Source: an uncultured bacterium (GTDB lineage: Bacteria; Verrucomicrobiota; Lentisphaeria; Victivallales; UBA1829). Taken from it: a stretch of 64,000 bases of DNA. A program made the position numbers and the translations under genes. Positions 52,901 through 60,172 of this stretch are shown here, one piece after another; the first letter of the stretch is position 1; every line of letters begins with the position of its first letter. Below the pieces are notes generated by a model. The model did no database searches and was not told the origin of the DNA. It saw only the letters and a program-made list of their open reading frames with translations. The stretch is from the NCBI GenBank assembly GCA_902780135.1, contig CACZEK010000004.1, forward strand, positions 7,146 through 71,145, read 5' to 3'.

Positions 52901-53088
52901 TCTTCCCGCTGGTCGTGGCGACGGGCGCCGGATCCGGCAGCCGCCGCGCCATCGGCATCACCACGTTCTCCGGCATGGTCATGGCGACGCTGGTCGGCAT
53001 CATGTTCACGCCGGCGCTGTACGCGTTCTTCCAGCGCGTCCGCGAGACAGGCAAAAAGATCTTACACCTCGACCGTCCGAGAGATTAA
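49972..53088 (+). CDS. RND family efflux transporter (AcrB/MexB-like)
   Basis: MFSKIFIDRPRFAIVISLIMVLAG. 12-TM two-fold layout. 1038 aa. Confidence 0.95.
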   Translation: MFSKIFIDRPRFAIVISLIMVLAGVISLSKLPVAEYPEIAPPSLYVTAMYPGASGEVIAQTVAMPIEDQINGVDDLLYFSSACSNAGSYSCTVTFKSGTDTDIAMVNLQNAIKRAEPMLPTDVTKLGITVEKRGNDILAVYAFTTDESTLNMMELNNYINVNVKDAITRLDGVSSAEVMSLEEYSMRIWLDPLRMAGLGISTSDISQAVQSQNIQAAAGSIGTEKSNNYMSFKLNVKGRLQTAEEFENIILRHDSDGSIVRLRDVAKVEVGSSSYAGRSVFNGHPCVALLVNRTPDANAMGTVGRVNAELEHWKTLFPKGVSVVSAYDPTEFIEVSMREIVMTIVLALALVVFITWIFLQDWRATLIPSVAIPVALIGTMTFLYALGYSINVLTMFGLILVVGSLCDDAIVVVENCQGLMEREGLGPKAAAEKTMRQITGAIISTTLVTVSCYVPLAFYGGMVGVIYVQFAVTMCISLCLSTTLAMTLSPALCAILLRRPDNHVPLLFRPFNAVLDFSRKIYLFFTGFLVRVWPVAILLFAGVLFSVYYMFTHSLSSFLPSEDKGVLFCNVELPSGASVERTDAVLDEIREKLADMKGIRSTLAVSTFSMMSGSGENVGIVIAALDHWDKRKTPDLQLTALQGQIQQRLSSIPDASITVFSPPAIMGLGMVNGVSAQVCGIGDVDPIDLSNVMKSYTRELMGHRDMIAVAMTPYNADTPQLYLDIDFDKAQILGVSPISIYNTLQSKLASLYINDFTMISRNFKVKMQASADYRSTLDDIREIQVVNDVGEMVPLTSFGELKYTVGPRQISRFNKMTSAELTVNGLPGSSSRRIMDLMEQAHLPDQYHLEWTALSYQERQNEGQIVYLMALALMFAYLFLVAQYESWTIPVPVMLTVSFAVCGALIGLKIAHLDLSIYAQLGMVMLIGLSAKNAILMVEFAKQEREHGKSIVEAALSGASLRYRAILMTAWSFIFGVFPLVVATGAGSGSRRAIGITTFSGMVMATLVGIMFTPALYAFFQRVRETGKKILHLDRPRD

Positions 53089-53098
53089 GGAGCCAATC

Positions 53099-53602
53099 AT
53101 GGATAAAAAGGACAAAATCGAGTCGAATCTTCTGTTTCCCGTGCCGGATTCCGGCGATATCGCGAGCGACATGTGGCGTCTCATCCTGCGGAACAACGCG
53201 AAGATGCTGAACCTGCTGCTTCAGGAATGCCCGGACATCGCGCTCGGCCAGAAGATCACGTTCTCGCGCATCCGCGTGCTGACCTACCTCGCGCAGGCGC
53301 AGGGCGGGCTCGTGAGCATCCGCGACCTGGCGGAAGAGCTCGGCGTGACCTCCGGCGGCGTCTCCCAGATGGTCGACAGCCTCGTGAAGAGCGACATGGT
53401 CTGCCGCACCGCGTCGAAGGACGACCGCCGCGTCGTCTACCTCTCGATCTCGGAGTCCGCGAAAAAACGCCTTGAGATCCTCTCCAAATTCCTGCACGAC
53501 CGCGTGGCGAAGGCCATGCGGGACATCCCGGAACAGGACCGCGAGATCATGGCGCGTTCCCTCCGCACCCTCCTGAAAGCCTTCTACGAGGATGCCAACT
53601 GA
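53099..53602 (+). CDS. MarR-family transcriptional regulator
   Basis: Winged HTH: ITFSRIRVLTYLAQAQGGLVSIRDLAEELGVTSGGVSQMVDSLVKSDMVCRTASKDDRRVVYLSIS. Confidence 0.85.
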   Translation: MDKKDKIESNLLFPVPDSGDIASDMWRLILRNNAKMLNLLLQECPDIALGQKITFSRIRVLTYLAQAQGGLVSIRDLAEELGVTSGGVSQMVDSLVKSDMVCRTASKDDRRVVYLSISESAKKRLEILSKFLHDRVAKAMRDIPEQDREIMARSLRTLLKAFYEDAN

Positions 53603-53626
53603 CCCTCCGCGGAACGGACCGAACGG

Positions 53627-53669
53627 AAAAGCCCTCCTCGCCCCTGAACGGGCCGGAGGGCTTTGTTTT
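53627..53669. terminator. Bidirectional terminator between marR and the kinase operon (convergent)
   Basis: AAAAGCCCTCC..GCCC-CTGAAC-GGGC..GGAGGGCTTTGTTTT. Confidence 0.7.
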
Positions 53670-53688
53670 ATGCGTGCGCCGCGGGCGG

Positions 53689-55893
53689 TCAGAAGATGGT
53701 TTCGGGGACGGAGACGGTGGAGGTGACGTCGATCTTTTCGATGTAGTACCAGTCCTGGCTGGGGAGGTAGTTCACGCAGTAGATGATGCGGCGTCCGTTC
53801 TCCACGCGGGAGATCGTGCCGTATTTGGTCTCGGTGAACCGGCGGAAGAGATCCTCGTCGTCGAAGCGGATGGTGAGGGTGTCCTCCTTGTTCGTCTCCA
53901 TGGCTCCCGCGAATCTTGCTCCGGTGGAGAGCAGGATGAGGCCGGAGTCGTCCAGCAGGGTCTTCTCCAGGACGTTGTTTCCCGTGTTGCCGTGGGTGTT
54001 CAGGTCGCGGATGATCGTGTTCAGGTGCAGGTCGAATCCGGCGACGCCGAGGAAGTTGCCTGCGGTGTCCAGCATGGGGACGTTGCAGGAGAGCAGATAG
54101 CCCGCAGCGGCGGTGTTGCCGGGGTAGGGCTTGCTCCAGGCGAATTCGCCGCTGCTGGACTGGGCGGTCTTGTACCAGTGGCGGCCGCGCGGGTCGTAGC
54201 TCGACGCATAGGCGCCGCTGCCGGGATAGACGATGTACTGGCCGTCCGGGAAACCGAAGAGCAGCAGATGGAGGGGGATCCCCGTGAGGCGGAGATATTC
54301 GTTCTGTTCGGCGGCGGATGCGTTCCTGATGTCGTCGGGGAGGCGTTCGTGGAAGACGTCCATGATCGGTTCCCGCAGATGCGCGAGGACGTGCAGGCGG
54401 CGTTTTTCGGCGTCGGTGAGATCGTCGCCGTGGATGGTCTTGTGCGCGAAATGGGAGAAATCGATCTTGCGGTGGTATATGGAGGAATAGAGCAGCGAGG
54501 GGGGCGCGTTCTTCGAGTCGTCGCGGAGCGCGGAGACCGGCATCATGCAGTCCGGAGCGGTTTCCGTGCCGTCCGGGTCCGTCTCGCAGAGGAAGACGAA
54601 CTCCGAGGTGATGGCGGAGAGGAACTGTGCGTTGCGGGCGATGTTCGTTTCGATGTAGTCCGCGCACGCGGTGGACTGGACCTGCGCGACGGCGAGACCG
54701 TTGACGTATGCGTGCACGGAATTGATCTGGCGGACGCGGCGGTAGCAGGTCACGCCGATCGTGAGGAGGAGCGTGAGGATGCTTGCGACGGCGAACGCCA
54801 GGGAGGCGCGCTTGTGGTGCACGGCGAACGAAGCCATGCGCCCGAAGAGTCGGTACGGGTTCGCGCTGGTCTCCTCGCCGCCCATGTAGCGGCGGATGTC
54901 GGAGGCGAGTTCGCGGACGGTCTGATAGCGTTCGCTGCGGCTGTACGCGGTTGCCTTCGCGATGATCGCCTTCAGGTCGGGATCGATCTTGAACCCGTAT
55001 TTGTGGCGGGTTTCGGCGATGCGTCCTTCCCGGATCATGGAGACGACTTCGGCGCTGGTGCGCGCCATGTATGCTTCGCGGAGGGTGACGACCTCGAAGA
55101 GGATGAGCCCGAGCGCGTAGATGTCGGCGCGCTGGTCGGTGTGTTCGCCGTGAACGGCTTCGGGCGACAGGAATCTCGGCGTGCCGGAGATGGTGCTCGG
55201 TTTCACCCAGGTGGCGGGGTCGTATCCCGGCTCCTCGATCTGGCGCGCGATGCCCCAGTCCATGATGTAGGTCTCGCGGAATTCGCCGATGAGGATGTTT
55301 TCGGGCTTGAGGTCGCAGTGCATGATGTTGCGGCTGTGCGCGTAGTCGAGGGCGTCGCAGACGCGGAGCATGATCTCGAGACGGTACATCAGGGACTTGC
55401 GTTCGTCGAAGTGCCCGATGCCGGACGTGCGGTACTCGTGGTCGAGCTGTTCCAGATAGCTTTTCAGCGTCTTGCCGTCGACGAGCTTCATCACGAGGTG
55501 GAGCCCGTCCTTGTCGTCCGTGTTCAGCGAGTAGATCGGGATGATCGCGGGGTGGCTGAGCTGGGCGGTGACGCGCGCCTCCTGGATGAACTGGCCGCGC
55601 GCGGACTGGTCGTCCTGCTGCGGCTTGAGCGTCTTGATCGCCACGAGGCGGCGGAGGTTCAGGTCCATCCCCTCGCGGATGACGCCCTGTCCGCCCTCGG
55701 CGAAGACTTTGCCCTGCCGGTATTCCGCGTTGATGTCCTCCAGTTTCACGTCCAGTTTGTCGTCGAAGCGGACGTCGGAGCGGTCCACGTGCGTAAACGT
55801 GACCGAGGTGTCCTGCTCGCGGTTGAGGTTCTTCAAGCCGACCGAGATCGAGGTCACGGTCTGGACTTTGCCGGATGTCGCGCCTCGGTTCAT
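53689..55893 (-). CDS. Membrane Ser/Thr protein kinase (catalytic motifs intact) with extracytoplasmic Cache-like domain
   Basis: AEGGQGVI, VAIKTL, FIQEARV, MHCDLKPENILIG, MDWGIA, LSPEAV. TM ASLAFAVASILTLLLTIGV. Ectodomain with YDPRGRHWYKTA..W..PY..GVAGFDL (dCache hallmark). Its ATG overlaps the upstream gene's stop (ATGA). Confidence 0.9.
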   Translation of the reverse strand: MNRGATSGKVQTVTSISVGLKNLNREQDTSVTFTHVDRSDVRFDDKLDVKLEDINAEYRQGKVFAEGGQGVIREGMDLNLRRLVAIKTLKPQQDDQSARGQFIQEARVTAQLSHPAIIPIYSLNTDDKDGLHLVMKLVDGKTLKSYLEQLDHEYRTSGIGHFDERKSLMYRLEIMLRVCDALDYAHSRNIMHCDLKPENILIGEFRETYIMDWGIARQIEEPGYDPATWVKPSTISGTPRFLSPEAVHGEHTDQRADIYALGLILFEVVTLREAYMARTSAEVVSMIREGRIAETRHKYGFKIDPDLKAIIAKATAYSRSERYQTVRELASDIRRYMGGEETSANPYRLFGRMASFAVHHKRASLAFAVASILTLLLTIGVTCYRRVRQINSVHAYVNGLAVAQVQSTACADYIETNIARNAQFLSAITSEFVFLCETDPDGTETAPDCMMPVSALRDDSKNAPPSLLYSSIYHRKIDFSHFAHKTIHGDDLTDAEKRRLHVLAHLREPIMDVFHERLPDDIRNASAAEQNEYLRLTGIPLHLLLFGFPDGQYIVYPGSGAYASSYDPRGRHWYKTAQSSSGEFAWSKPYPGNTAAAGYLLSCNVPMLDTAGNFLGVAGFDLHLNTIIRDLNTHGNTGNNVLEKTLLDDSGLILLSTGARFAGAMETNKEDTLTIRFDDEDLFRRFTETKYGTISRVENGRRIIYCVNYLPSQDWYYIEKIDVTSTVSVPETIF

Positions 55894-58379
55894 CGCAGAT
55901 TGCCTTTCTGTTCCGTTTTGATGCTCCGCAGGAAATCCTTCAGCCGGATCTTTTCCACATACCATTCATCCATGGCGGGGACGTCCGCGAAGCAGTAGAC
56001 GAACTGGCCGTCGGGTTCCTTGCGGATGACGGATCCGTATTCCTTCCCGGCGACCCAGTCCCGCAGCCAGGGATCGGGATACAAGCCCTTTTCCAGGTTG
56101 ACCGTAGGAGCCTTTCCGGGACCGTTGTTGATGCGTTCCAGCTTGACGTGGCCGTTTCTCGCGATGAAATACTGCGAGACCATGCCGAGCGGGGAGTTGT
56201 TGGCTTCGCTCAGGATCTGGTCGAAATAGCGGCCGGAGACCAGGATCGCGGCAACGCCGAGCGGGGCGTCCGGCGGCCCCAGCGGGATCGAAACGGGCAG
56301 GATCACGCGTTCCGCCCCGGGGACGGCATTGTCCAGCCGTGCGGGAAGATGCCATGCGGCGGAAGCCACCCGGGAAGCCATGGTCTCGCGGTACCATTCG
56401 CTTTTGTGAAAATCGGGGCCGTCTTTGCTCGTGTACGGATAGAGCAGGGTCGAACCGTCGGCAAGCAGGATCTGGACGCGGTAGATGGGGCTGACGCTCT
56501 GGGTGAGACGGTGGATCTGCCTGTCGGGGCTTTCCTTGGTGATGTAGGCGTTCAGGGGCGCCTGCAGCATGTAGCGGAAAAGCGTGGGCTGGAGCAGGCC
56601 GAGGCGGGTGACTTCAGGATTGGAGATGTCCTCTTCGTGGCCGACTTCCACATTGCGGAAGCTGACGGAGTCGCCGTAGTAGGGGGAGTATTCGGTCTGG
56701 ATCCCGACGCTGCCGTCGACCAGCGCTTCGCTCGGCTGCACCAGATACTTTGTGCCGTGTTTGTTTTCCTCTGTGCGTTCGGAGAGCAGGAATTCGGTCT
56801 CGAATTTGATGGATTCGAGCATGTCGTTGATCTTTTCCGCCTGGAGGTTGAACTGATGGGCGGTTTTCCGGCATGAGGACTGCGCTTTGCCGAGCACATG
56901 GTCGTCGAGGTAGGATATCTGCGCCATGCGGACGTCGTTGAAGATGTTGTAGGCGAAGAGCGCGCCGACCAGGCAGATCAGCGTCAGGAACCAGAAGAAC
57001 ATGCGCCGGTGGTGCGCCCGGATAAGCTTCGCGAAGCGTTTCGAGAGGCTGATCCTGCGCACGGAGACTTCATCGGAGTGCAGGAACCGCCGGATGTCCT
57101 CGGCAAAGTCCTTCACGGTCGGATAGCGGTTCTCCGGATCGGACGCGATCGCCTTCTGGATGATCGCCTTCATGTCCGGGTCGATGGCTCCGCCGAAACG
57201 GTGCTCGATCGTGGGCTGGACGCCGTTGCGGAGGCGCTCCAGGATTTCCGGGGCGGTGGCGTCCGGGAACGGCGGATGGAGGGTGACGAGTTCGTAGAGG
57301 ATCATGCCGAGGGCGTAGACGTCGGACCGGACGGACGGTTCGGCGCCGGAGATGAGTTCGGGCGCGATGAACCGCGGATCGGTTATCTCGGGCGGCTTGC
57401 GCTTCTGCGCGGCGTCGTCCTGCGCGGTGATGGGCCGGGAGAAGCCCCAGCCCTTGATGTAGACCTCGTGGTATTCGCCGATCAGGATGTTCTGGGGATT
57501 CAGGTTTGCGTGCGCGATGTTCCGGCTGTGGGCGTAGACGAGCCCGTCCGAGACGCCGAGGATGAGTTCGAGGCGGAAGCTCAGGGACCCGGCTTCCTCC
57601 GCCGCGCGGAATCCCGCGTTGCGGTAATGCGAGGTGATCCTTTCCAGGTATTTGCGGAGATCGGTGCCGTCGGTCAGTTTCACGGCGGAATGCAGTCCGC
57701 CGCGGTAATCGCGGTTGATGCTGTAGACGGGCAGGACGGACGGATGGTCGAGCTGCGCCGAGATCTCCGCCTCGGCGATGAAGCTGGCGCGTTCATCCTC
57801 GTCCATGAGCTTTTCGTCGCGCAGGGAATAGATCGCCACCTTGCGCTCAAGTCCGAGGTCTTCGCCGATGGAGACCACGTACCGCCCGCCCTCGGCGAGC
57901 CTGCGTTCGATCTCGAACCGGTCTTCGACGTCGGTCAGGTGCGCGTGGGATTCATCCAGGTGCCCGACCTTGGCGCGTTCCCTGTGGTGGTCCTGTCCGT
58001 CGATCTTTGCTCCGACGTCCTCTTTGCCCGTGCCGGTCAGCGCGGACAGGATCGACGCCGGATTGTGCAGGATGCCGTGGAGGCGCGTGCGCGTGTCGCC
58101 GAACAGCGTCTGCGTGTCGTCCGGCGCGGCGCGCGTGACGCCGTTTTCCGCGTTCAGGACGATGGTCCGGTCGACCTGCGCCGTGTCCATTTTCATGGTC
58201 CGGTCGACCTGCGCCGTGTCCATTTTCATGGTCCGGTCGACCTGCGCCGTGTCCATTTTCATGGTCCGGTCGGGAAGCGGCGCGGACGGTTCGGACGGCG
58301 CGGACGGGGCGACGCCGGACGTGCTGCCGGAAGAGGTCCCGGCAGTTCCGTCTGTGTTGTGATTGAGTTCGTCCGCCAC
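55890..58379 (-). CDS. Paralogous membrane pseudokinase (kinase fold, catalytic residues substituted) with Cache-like ectodomain; GTG start uncertain
   Basis: Aligned to its neighbour: VAIYSL (Lys to Tyr), AHANLNPQNILIG (Asp to Asn, Lys to Asn), IKGWGFS (Asp to Gly). IAPEL is kept. TM MFFWFLTLICLVGALFAY. Ectodomain with HKSEWYRETM. The N-terminus is S/T/P-rich, then 3x DRTMKMDTAQV. Confidence 0.85.
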   Translation of the reverse strand: MADELNHNTDGTAGTSSGSTSGVAPSAPSEPSAPLPDRTMKMDTAQVDRTMKMDTAQVDRTMKMDTAQVDRTIVLNAENGVTRAAPDDTQTLFGDTRTRLHGILHNPASILSALTGTGKEDVGAKIDGQDHHRERAKVGHLDESHAHLTDVEDRFEIERRLAEGGRYVVSIGEDLGLERKVAIYSLRDEKLMDEDERASFIAEAEISAQLDHPSVLPVYSINRDYRGGLHSAVKLTDGTDLRKYLERITSHYRNAGFRAAEEAGSLSFRLELILGVSDGLVYAHSRNIAHANLNPQNILIGEYHEVYIKGWGFSRPITAQDDAAQKRKPPEITDPRFIAPELISGAEPSVRSDVYALGMILYELVTLHPPFPDATAPEILERLRNGVQPTIEHRFGGAIDPDMKAIIQKAIASDPENRYPTVKDFAEDIRRFLHSDEVSVRRISLSKRFAKLIRAHHRRMFFWFLTLICLVGALFAYNIFNDVRMAQISYLDDHVLGKAQSSCRKTAHQFNLQAEKINDMLESIKFETEFLLSERTEENKHGTKYLVQPSEALVDGSVGIQTEYSPYYGDSVSFRNVEVGHEEDISNPEVTRLGLLQPTLFRYMLQAPLNAYITKESPDRQIHRLTQSVSPIYRVQILLADGSTLLYPYTSKDGPDFHKSEWYRETMASRVASAAWHLPARLDNAVPGAERVILPVSIPLGPPDAPLGVAAILVSGRYFDQILSEANNSPLGMVSQYFIARNGHVKLERINNGPGKAPTVNLEKGLYPDPWLRDWVAGKEYGSVIRKEPDGQFVYCFADVPAMDEWYVEKIRLKDFLRSIKTEQKGNLR
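58164..58272. repeat. 3.3 perfect tandem copies of a 33-bp unit inside the pseudokinase N-terminus
   Basis: GGTCCGGTCGACCTGCGCCGTGTCCATTTTCAT at 58164, 58197 and 58230, with a partial copy at 58263. In frame at 11 codons per unit. Confidence 0.95.
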
Positions 58380-58404
58380 GGGTGTCTCTCAGGGGGTGAT
58401 CGGG

Positions 58405-59064
58405 TTATTTCGGGAATCCGACTGCCTGCGCGAGGATGACGGTCATCTTGCCGTCGAGCTTGAAGACCTTGCGGACGCCATTTTCATCGTACATGCCGAG
58501 GGAGACGGTGCCGAGTCCCTTCGAGGCGCAGTAGAGGTAGACGTCCTGCGAGGCTTCGCCGACGTGGATCGCGGGGTACTTGATGTCGTTCGGGAATTTG
58601 GTGGAATCGCTGGCGTAGACGAGGATCGCGGCGGCGTTTTTCGCCATGTTCTTGTTCATGATGAGCTCGGCGCGGAAATCGCCCGCGTCGATGCGCACGA
58701 GCTTGTTCGCCTTCGCGTCGTAGTGGTATGCGGCGCCCGGCAGAGCCACGTAGACTTCGAGGTCCTGCCTGTTCATCGCGGTCGGGATCGTGCGCTTGCC
58801 GTCGGGACGGTTCACGCCGTTGGCGGCGTAGAGGATTTCGGAGAGGGTGGCGGCGTCGAGTTCGCCGGGCTTGTAGTCGCGGACCGTCTTGCGTTCCGCG
58901 AGCGCCTGCATGAGCGGCATGCCGCCGGTCTTCGCGGGCGCGGGGAGGGCGACCGATTCGGCAGCCGGGTCGATCTTCGCGGAAGCGGCGGCGTCCTGCG
59001 CGGGGATGGAGAATGAGGCGAAAAGCGCGAGCGAGGCGGAGGCGAGAATAGCGAGATGTTTCAT
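58405..59064 (-). CDS. Nitroreductase-family (FMN) protein with N-terminal signal peptide
   Basis: MKHLAILASASLALFASFSIPAQD, then LMQALAERKTVRDY..LSEILYAANGVNR..GEASQDVYLYCASKGLGTV (nitroreductase fold pattern). Confidence 0.75.
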   Translation of the reverse strand: MKHLAILASASLALFASFSIPAQDAAASAKIDPAAESVALPAPAKTGGMPLMQALAERKTVRDYKPGELDAATLSEILYAANGVNRPDGKRTIPTAMNRQDLEVYVALPGAAYHYDAKANKLVRIDAGDFRAELIMNKNMAKNAAAILVYASDSTKFPNDIKYPAIHVGEASQDVYLYCASKGLGTVSLGMYDENGVRKVFKLDGKMTVILAQAVGFPK

Positions 59065-59106
59065 GGAGAAAGCTCCTTCCTTGCTGGAGTTGGTTGAAAC
59101 GGTGGT

Positions 59107-59916
59107 TCAGAAACTGTTTTCCGGGGCGGGGAAGGTCTTTCCCTTCACCTCGGCGATGTAGGCGGCGATGGCGTCCTGCGCCACGGTCCCGACGTGGCAG
59201 AACCGTCTGGCGTGCTTCGGCAGGAATCCCTCGGTGTAGCCGAGCAGGTCGCTGATGACCTGCACCTGTCCGTCGCAGTCCGGTCCCGCGCCGATGCCGA
59301 TGGTCGGCACGCCGACGGCGGCGGTGATCTTCGCGGCGAGTTCGGACGGGACGCATTCGAGCACCATGGAGAAGACGCCGGCGTCCTCAAGCTCCTTCGC
59401 GCGGGCGATGAGCTCGGCGGCCTCTTCCTCGCCGCGTCCCTGCACCCGGTAGCCGCCGGACGTCTTCACGGACTGGGGCAGCAGCCCGATGTGCCCCTGC
59501 ACGGGGATGCCCGCCTCGACCAGCGCGCGGACGGCGGGCAGGGTGGACGGGGTGCATTCGAGCTTGATGGCGTCGCATCCCGCCTCCTGCATGAACCGCG
59601 CCGCCTCGCGGAGCGTGTTCTCCACGCCGAGATGGCAGGTCATGAACGGCATGTCGCCGACGATGAAGGTGTTCGGGGCGCCGCGGCGGACGCACTGCGC
59701 GTGGTGGACCATGACGTCCATGGTGGCGGGGATGGTGTCGGCGTATCCGAGGGTGTTCATGGAGAGCGAGTCGCCCACGAGGATGAAGTCGATGCCGGCT
59801 GCCTCGGCGAACGCCGCGGTCGGCGCGTCGTAGGCGGTGATCATCACGATCTTCTCGCCGTTCTGCTTCATCTTCCGGAACGACCGGACTGTTTTCTTTA
59901 TGATGCTTTCGGACAT
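59107..59916 (-). CDS. panB: 3-methyl-2-oxobutanoate hydroxymethyltransferase
   Basis: MSESIIKKTVRSFRKMKQNGEKIVMITAYDAPTAAFAEAAGIDFILVGDSLSMN..GDMPF..KLEC. GGAGG SD. Confidence 0.93.
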   Translation of the reverse strand: MSESIIKKTVRSFRKMKQNGEKIVMITAYDAPTAAFAEAAGIDFILVGDSLSMNTLGYADTIPATMDVMVHHAQCVRRGAPNTFIVGDMPFMTCHLGVENTLREAARFMQEAGCDAIKLECTPSTLPAVRALVEAGIPVQGHIGLLPQSVKTSGGYRVQGRGEEEAAELIARAKELEDAGVFSMVLECVPSELAAKITAAVGVPTIGIGAGPDCDGQVQVISDLLGYTEGFLPKHARRFCHVGTVAQDAIAAYIAEVKGKTFPAPENSF

Positions 59917-60062
59917 GCGATGCCTCCAAATCTGAACTGAAAAAACTGTTTGCGTGCGTCCGGCGCCGTCCTGTGCGGGCTGCGGCGGGATCCCGCGGGG
60001 GGTCCCGGAGACTGCGCCCGCGTGCATGGTGAATTGTTGTATGGGACGGCTCCGGCTTAGAA

Positions 60063-60091
60063 AATATAACACGAAAACCAAAAAAGTACAA
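60063..60091 (-). promoter_or_regulatory. Candidate promoter of panB-nitroreductase-kinase unit
   Basis: Minus strand TTGTAC-N17-TATATT. Implies a GC-rich leader of about 140 nt. Confidence 0.45.
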
Positions 60092-60172
60092 CAAAAAAAG
60101 GCGGGAAAGCGGAAAAAGATTTGAATTTCTCTCTTTTCGTAGTAGTTTATCAGGAGGAAAGGCTTTTCAGTT

